A DNA stretch of 10,320 nucleotides from Promethearchaeia archaeon. GTDB taxonomy: Archaea > Asgardarchaeota > Lokiarchaeia > Sigyniarchaeales > SOKP01. Shown in pieces: positions 5,308 through 10,320 of the stretch. Every line of letters begins with the position of its first letter. Position 1 is the first letter of the stretch. A program made the translations under genes and the position numbers. The notes beneath the pieces are model-generated. The model saw only the letters and a program-made list of their open reading frames with translations. It was not told where the DNA came from and made no database searches. Location: assembly GCA_029856045.1 (NCBI GenBank), contig JAHQWG010000006.1, positions 1-10,320 on the forward strand, written 5' to 3'.

Positions 5308-5922
5308 TCAAATTTTCTGTCCTAATAAATTATAATTAAACTCATTTTTTAAGATTAAAAACAGTTTATGCATAGGAATGCCTATTACATTAGAGGGGGA
5401 TCCTTCTATTTTATCAATAAATAATGACGCTTTATTTCGTATAGAATAAGCTCCGGCTCTCTCCTTCCATTCTCCTGTTTTAATATATAATTTAATTTCA
5501 TCTATAGATAAATCTAGAAAGCTAACACTTGTGATATCATAATCAGAAATTATTTTATCATTAAATGTTCTGGTTACTGCAATTGCTGAGATGAGTTTGT
5601 GTGTATTATTATTTAATTTCTTAAGAATTTCTAGTGCGTGATTTTCATCCATAGGTTTTCCGATTATATTCCCTTTAAATTCTACAAGCGTATCAGCAGC
5701 GATTATTATTGCATCAATTCCCTTGAATTCCATTTTTTTTTTAACATCTAATACTTTCATTTTAGCCAATTTTATAGATAATTCAATTGGGGACAATTCT
5801 TTACCTTTAAATTCTTCTTCACTGAAATCGCTTATGATGATTTCAAAATCCAGTTGAGCCCTCTCAAAACTTTTTGCTCTATCTCTCGACCCAGAGGCAA
5901 GAATTATTTTTAAATTTTCCAT
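5308..5922 (-). CDS. maf: Maf-family nucleoside triphosphate pyrophosphatase
   Basis: IILASGSRDR, FSEE, LAKMKV, IIAADTLV, IIGKP, H.LISAIAV, YIKTGEW.ERAGAYSI, IEGSPSNVIGIP; all six S-R-E-K-D-K signature residues can be placed. Confidence 0.92.
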   Translation of the reverse strand: MENLKIILASGSRDRAKSFERAQLDFEIIISDFSEEEFKGKELSPIELSIKLAKMKVLDVKKKMEFKGIDAIIIAADTLVEFKGNIIGKPMDENHALEILKKLNNNTHKLISAIAVTRTFNDKIISDYDITSVSFLDLSIDEIKLYIKTGEWKERAGAYSIRNKASLFIDKIEGSPSNVIGIPMHKLFLILKNEFNYNLLGQKI

Positions 5923-6087
5923 TTTAAATCATTTTCTTATTATTTCCTATTACTTGCATTGAAAAAAATATTCTAAGATGAGGATAATTCTAATAATAAC
6001 ACAATTAAAAAGCATTAAAAAGATTAATATCCTTTTTTTATTATTATTTTTTAATGTTTTTCAACAAATATAAGATTACGATCAGAT

Positions 6088-7125
6088 CTAGATCAAAATA
6101 AAAATTATCCACATGCCTAATCCTATTAAAATTGGATTAAGAATATTATCACTTATATGTTTTGAAAAAATATCGATTATTAAAAATAAAAATGCTGCCA
6201 CAGTAGCCATAATAAGAATCGTTCCTAAACTTACAGACATAAAAGAGTGATAAATAATAGTTATTAAAACCACAATCAAAAAAGTTGAGGTAAATCCTGC
6301 AATAAATCCTTCAATAGTTTTTTTAGATTGCTCGAAAATTTTATGTTTGCCGTATTTTTTTCCAATTAATGAAGCAGTAGCATCTGATACAGTAGTTATT
6401 AGTGCAACACTTGCAAAAATTGGAAAGGGTGCAAATATAAATGGCACAAAGCAGAGAACTAACGGTGTTGATGATACATATGTTTCCAATTCATCAGCTA
6501 TCATAGATTTCCTATACCAACGTATTGCCCATTTAGGCAATAAATAAGTTTTATTTAACTTTAAAATGTCAGCGATGGCAACCATCAAAACAAAACCTAA
6601 TCCAATTGTAATAATAATCCAATAACAATATGAATAAATATCAATATTCCATTGAGTTAATACCCCAAATATATCAAGAATGTTCCCAATAGTCCAAATT
6701 ATAAATATGACTCCAATAGGAATTATATGAATTATTTTTCTTTCAATGTCTTTTCGAAAATCATAATTCCAATTTTGAGTAAAATATTTCTTAAAGTTTT
6801 CATGATTTTTCTCGATTTTTAATGATGGATTTTTCTTGCATGCTATAAAAACATAAGAAATCACAAAAAACCAAACTATTTCTTCAATTATTATGAATAT
6901 TGAAGAGGTTAACCATAGAAAGTTCAGTATATTTGGATCTAGAGTCGGATTGTGAGACTGATACATAAAAGGAAAAAGAAGCCCAGCTGCGAAAAATAAC
7001 ATTGAAATAATTAATTCATTTGCAAAAATTTTCTTTTGTCTTTTCTGTTTGTGATTTTTGAGAGTATATATTAAGAATACGATAGCGTGCCCAATGAATA
7101 TCAAAGTAATAGGCAAATAAAACAT
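6088..7125 (-). CDS. CTP-dependent polyprenol/diacylglycerol kinase family (SEC59/DGK1/VTE5-like) membrane protein, paralogue 1
   Basis: ERKIIHII, VSDATASLIGKKYGKHKI...KKTIEGFIAG and SDNILNP are the characteristic RK.iH, D..As.iG...G......KT.EG and DN...P motifs; about 10 TM helices including an N-terminal extension. Confidence 0.85.
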   Translation of the reverse strand: MFYLPITLIFIGHAIVFLIYTLKNHKQKRQKKIFANELIISMLFFAAGLLFPFMYQSHNPTLDPNILNFLWLTSSIFIIIEEIVWFFVISYVFIACKKNPSLKIEKNHENFKKYFTQNWNYDFRKDIERKIIHIIPIGVIFIIWTIGNILDIFGVLTQWNIDIYSYCYWIIITIGLGFVLMVAIADILKLNKTYLLPKWAIRWYRKSMIADELETYVSSTPLVLCFVPFIFAPFPIFASVALITTVSDATASLIGKKYGKHKIFEQSKKTIEGFIAGFTSTFLIVVLITIIYHSFMSVSLGTILIMATVAAFLFLIIDIFSKHISDNILNPILIGLGMWIIFILI

Positions 7126-7229
7126 AATTTTATATTATTTTCTTATCTTAAAAAGATGATTTGAAAGATATCTTTATAGAAAAATGAAAAAATTGAATTT
7201 AACATGGAAATAATTACGTTTGGATTATT

Positions 7230-8336
7230 TTAATATAGAAATTGATAATAAATTAAACCAGAAAATCTTAGAAATAGAAATAATAGAGTTGAACAAAAAG
7301 GGATTAAAAGATTATCAGAAGCATTCATTGGTTTTTTTATAACAATATCAATTATTAAAAATAAAATGGCAAAAAAAAATGCCCAAATGAAGCCAAGAAA
7401 AAAGTAACTCAAGAAGAAACTAACTATTGTTGAACTAATAGTGCCTTCCCAACATTTATTCTTATTCCATTTAATTGGGTAATGTTTTGTTCTCATTCCA
7501 ACTTGACTTGCAACTAAATCTCCAATTGAACTCATTGAAATAACTGCAAAAAAGGGTAAAGGGGGTAAAAATGTTGCCGCGAATAAATGCCCAATAAAAA
7601 AATACAAAAAAGTTCCGTATGATTCTTTTTCCTCTTCCTTTAATAGACGTACGGAGATCAAATTAAATGGAAATGAAAAATTTTTTGACTTTCTGGTAAA
7701 TTCCATAAAAATACCAATTATTGCAAAACAATATAGAACTACAATTAAAAAAAAATAAAACCATCCCAAGGTATACATGTAAAAAAGAATATTATTTACA
7801 TCAGAATAAATAGACGAGAAGAGAAATAATAGATCAGATTCCATAGGATACATTCCATATAGGTTTCCAGTTTGTGAATAAACTAATGAACAGCCAATAC
7901 TCCAAATTATAAAAAACGAGATAAATATAATAATATGTGGCAATTTCCGAATTATATCTCTATTCACAGGTTTCCATTCCTTAATATTTAATTTTCTTCT
8001 CTTTCTTATTTCATTTTCATTTTTATCCATTTTTTCAGATTTTTTCTTTAAAATGTAATAAATTTTAACGATAATCGAGAATATAATAACCACGCTTAAT
8101 ATTATTAGAAGTGGTGTAAAAAATAGAATAGGCAGAAAAAATCGCTCCCAAAATGCACCATTATACATTAAAATCATTAAAATTGAGTAATGAAAAAAGA
8201 GAATAAACAAAATTGAGAAGCCTAAAAAGTTATCTAGTGGATATTTTTTACTTGAATGATGTAGATACATAAAAAGAATTAATAAATAACACATAACCAT
8301 TATAATATAAATTAAAAAAAAGTATGTATCTAGCAT
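7230..8336 (-). CDS. CTP-dependent polyprenol/diacylglycerol kinase family membrane protein, paralogue 2
   Basis: IRKLPHII, IGDLVASQVGMRTKHYPIKWNKNKCWEGTI and SDNLLIP; same architecture as the neighbour (3 N-terminal TM helices, basic linker, kinase domain). Confidence 0.85.
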   Translation of the reverse strand: MLDTYFFLIYIIMVMCYLLILFMYLHHSSKKYPLDNFLGFSILFILFFHYSILMILMYNGAFWERFFLPILFFTPLLIILSVVIIFSIIVKIYYILKKKSEKMDKNENEIRKRRKLNIKEWKPVNRDIIRKLPHIIIFISFFIIWSIGCSLVYSQTGNLYGMYPMESDLLFLFSSIYSDVNNILFYMYTLGWFYFFLIVVLYCFAIIGIFMEFTRKSKNFSFPFNLISVRLLKEEEKESYGTFLYFFIGHLFAATFLPPLPFFAVISMSSIGDLVASQVGMRTKHYPIKWNKNKCWEGTISSTIVSFFLSYFFLGFIWAFFFAILFLIIDIVIKKPMNASDNLLIPFCSTLLFLFLRFSGLIYYQFLY

Positions 8337-8403
8337 TTTTTAAAAATTGGATATTTCTTACTCTTAATTAAATCTATAATATATAATCTAAAAATAAAAG
8401 AAT

Positions 8404-9453
8404 TTAAGGAATTACAATAATTTTTAAACCTGTCCTTTCTTTCATGATTTTCATTCCTTCTGAGAGTAAATTTTCCAGAGGAATTTTGTGAGAAATGAGT
8501 TTGTCAGTATCGATTATATTATTGCTAATTAAACTTATCGCATCCAAGTAATCCGCACCGCTAGATATATATGAACCGAAAATTGATCTCTCCCAGCGAG
8601 AAATATCATTAGGTTTAATTATCCCCCTCGCTCTTGAATCTTGTCCAAATAAGATTAACCTTCCTCTATTAGCCCATATCTTTTGAGCAATCTCGAAAGT
8701 CGAGGATATACCTACGGCATCAATTACCACATCTGCTCCATAGTTATTTGTTAATTTTTTTATTTCTTTCTCAACATCATCGATCTCTGGATTAATCACA
8801 TAGTTTGCACCCAATTCAAGAGCTTTTTTTCTTCTAAATTCCATTGGCTCAACAACAAATAATTGATTTATTGGATGTTTTCGAATTACTGACTCAATAA
8901 TCAAGCCCATAGGTCCTGCTCCAAGAATTACAACATTATCACACTCTTTCACATCCGCTATATTATGACAATGTACCGCACAAGAAAGAGGTTCAATTAA
9001 TGCTGCTTTTGTTAAATCTATGTCTATTGGGAGTTGATAAAGTGCTCTACGTGGGATAACACAATATTTTGTAAATCCTCCGTTTTGAAAAATCCCAAAC
9101 GTTTGACCAGTTGCAAGAAATTCACATTGATTATCATACCCTCGCCTACAAGCTGGGCAAATCCCGCATTTTAAATTTGGATCAACAACAACTTTATCGC
9201 CTTTTTTTAAATCTATGACATCTTCTCCCATATCATCTACAATCCCACAAAACTCATGTCCTAAAATTACATTATCATTAGCCGGATGAGCTCCTTCCAT
9301 GATTTTTAAATCAGTTCCACAAATCCCGCAAGCTTTTATTTCAATTAAAACATCATCAGGCTTTTTTATTTCTGGAATATCTACTTGCTCTAAGGTGATT
9401 TCTCCTCCACTTTCACCTTTTTTATGAAATACTGCAGCTAACATTTTTCCCAT
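8404..9453 (-). CDS. Zn-dependent medium-chain (MDR) polyol/sugar-alcohol dehydrogenase (sorbitol/threonine-DH-like)
   Basis: Catalytic Zn site CGICGTD and GHEFCG, structural Zn site CGICPACRRGYDNQC, EPLSC, Rossmann GAGPMG, acidic VEP..RR (NAD preference). ATG at 9453 (MGKMLAAV) is preferred over TTG at 9462. Confidence 0.92.
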   Translation of the reverse strand: MGKMLAAVFHKKGESGGEITLEQVDIPEIKKPDDVLIEIKACGICGTDLKIMEGAHPANDNVILGHEFCGIVDDMGEDVIDLKKGDKVVVDPNLKCGICPACRRGYDNQCEFLATGQTFGIFQNGGFTKYCVIPRRALYQLPIDIDLTKAALIEPLSCAVHCHNIADVKECDNVVILGAGPMGLIIESVIRKHPINQLFVVEPMEFRRKKALELGANYVINPEIDDVEKEIKKLTNNYGADVVIDAVGISSTFEIAQKIWANRGRLILFGQDSRARGIIKPNDISRWERSIFGSYISSGADYLDAISLISNNIIDTDKLISHKIPLENLLSEGMKIMKERTGLKIIVIP

Positions 9454-9553
9454 ATAAATCAACTTTAAATTATTTTAATAAATATTATACAATTTAATGA
9501 ATTCTAAATAATTAATCAAAAATAGTTATTACATAAAGAAATATATTTTTATT
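9454..9553. promoter_or_regulatory. Divergent promoter region shared by the two dehydrogenase genes
   Basis: 100-bp, extremely A/T-rich gap between head-to-head ATGs (9453 minus, 9554 plus) with several TATA-like stretches; individual elements cannot be assigned. Confidence 0.5.
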
Positions 9554-10320
9554 ATGGTTAAAATGAAAACAGTTACATTATTTGCAAGATGGGATCCCAA
9601 GGAAGAATTTAAATTGGGATCAAAAGATATTGATGGGGAATTAACTTATTTAGGTTCTCAAGTCTGGCGGAATCCTGAAGTGAAAGTTATCGATAAAGAA
9701 AAACCGAAAATTAAGCCAAATGAAGTCCTGATAAAAGTTAAACGATGTGGTATATGTGGTTCTGATGTTCATATGGCTCAAAAAGATGAAGATGGATATA
9801 TTTATTATCCCGGATTAACAGCTTTTCCATGTACGCTGGGTCATGAATTTTCAGGAGAAATAGTTGAGATTGGAGAGCAAGCAATATCTAAAAGAACAGG
9901 AAAAAAATTTACAGCTGGAGAGCCAGTTACTGTTGAAGAGATGGTATGGTGTGGTGAGTGTAAACCGTGTTGTGATGGTTATCCAAATCACTGTGAAAGA
10001 TTACAAGAAATTGGATTTTCTATTGATGGAGCTTATGCAGAATATATTGCCGTACCCGCTAAGCTATGTTGGAGTTTGAAAAAATTAGAAGATAAATACG
10101 ACGATATCTATAAATTAGGAAGTTTGACTGAACCTACCTCAGTAGCTTATAATGCAGTTATAGAAAGGGGAGGGGGAATTCGTCCAGGTGAAAACGTAAT
10201 TATTTTAGGAGCGGGCCCAATTGGAATTGCTGCTACTAAAATTCTAAAGACAGCAGGAGCAGCAGTTTGTATTGTTTCAGAACCTGAAGAGAGTAGAGCA
10301 AAGTTAGCAAAAAAGATGGG
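9554..10320 (+). CDS. iolM: Scyllo-inosose 3-dehydrogenase (Zn-dependent MDR), 3' end outside the window
   Basis: Frame +2 is open from ATG 9554 to the window end: MVKMKTVTLFARWDPKEEFKLGSKDIDGELTYLGSQVWRNPEV...CGICGSDVHMAQKDEDGYIYYPGLTAFPCTLGHEFSG...EEMVWCGECKPCCDGYPNHCE...EPTSVAYNAVIERGGGIRPG...GAGPIG. The N-terminal insert WDP..FKLG.KDI.G.LT.LGS.VWR.P and the segment DVHMAQ.D..GYI.YPGLT.FP.TLGHE are, as I recall them, diagnostic of Thermotoga maritima IolM (TM0412). Confidence 0.9.
   Translation, partial: MVKMKTVTLFARWDPKEEFKLGSKDIDGELTYLGSQVWRNPEVKVIDKEKPKIKPNEVLIKVKRCGICGSDVHMAQKDEDGYIYYPGLTAFPCTLGHEFSGEIVEIGEQAISKRTGKKFTAGEPVTVEEMVWCGECKPCCDGYPNHCERLQEIGFSIDGAYAEYIAVPAKLCWSLKKLEDKYDDIYKLGSLTEPTSVAYNAVIERGGGIRPGENVIILGAGPIGIAATKILKTAGAAVCIVSEPEESRAKLAKKM

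Noticed and set aside
6347-6547. 66-aa plus-strand ORF
   Set aside because: Antisense shadow within kinase paralogue 1.
7164-7175. 12-bp palindrome AAAGATATCTTT between the kinase paralogues, and similar short repeats such as TTTAATG-N8-CATTAAA at 1158-1179
   Set aside because: Short, A/T-rich and not repeated elsewhere in the window; compatible with chance.
9864-10079. 71-aa plus-strand ORF
   Set aside because: Out-of-frame ORF nested in the real iolM CDS (frame +2).
1-10320. CRISPR arrays, tRNA/rRNA genes, IS elements
   Set aside because: No regularly spaced repeats, GC-rich structured RNA segments, transposase motifs or terminal inverted repeats were seen; once the MFS remnant is accounted for, all intergenic gaps are 165 bp or shorter.

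Overview
AT-rich, gene-dense archaeal-looking window; gene style suggests Asgard/Lokiarchaeia (inference, not proven). Left to right: the 3' part of a kleisin (ScpA-like) gene coupled to a divergent KITE (ScpB/MksE/Nse1-like tandem winged-helix) gene; an MFS transporter pseudogene with a nonsense codon and a large frameshifting internal deletion (absent from the ORF track); a tightly coupled minus-strand pair encoding an atypical small GTPase (G3 = APGG) and a protein that looks like a catalytically dead calcineurin-like metallophosphoesterase; a coiled-coil protein with a RAD51/BRC-like FTTAS motif; a RimK/MptN-type ATP-grasp ligase; a small membrane protein; a Maf pyrophosphatase with an unusual specificity triad; two tandem CTP-dependent lipid (dolichol/phytol/DAG) kinase paralogues; and two divergent Zn-dependent dehydrogenases, the second (running off the window, absent from the ORF track) being an IolM scyllo-inosose 3-dehydrogenase. 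No RNA genes, CRISPR arrays or mobile elements were seen. The best candidate for an undescribed system is the pseudo-phosphoesterase + atypical GTPase module (1796..3236).
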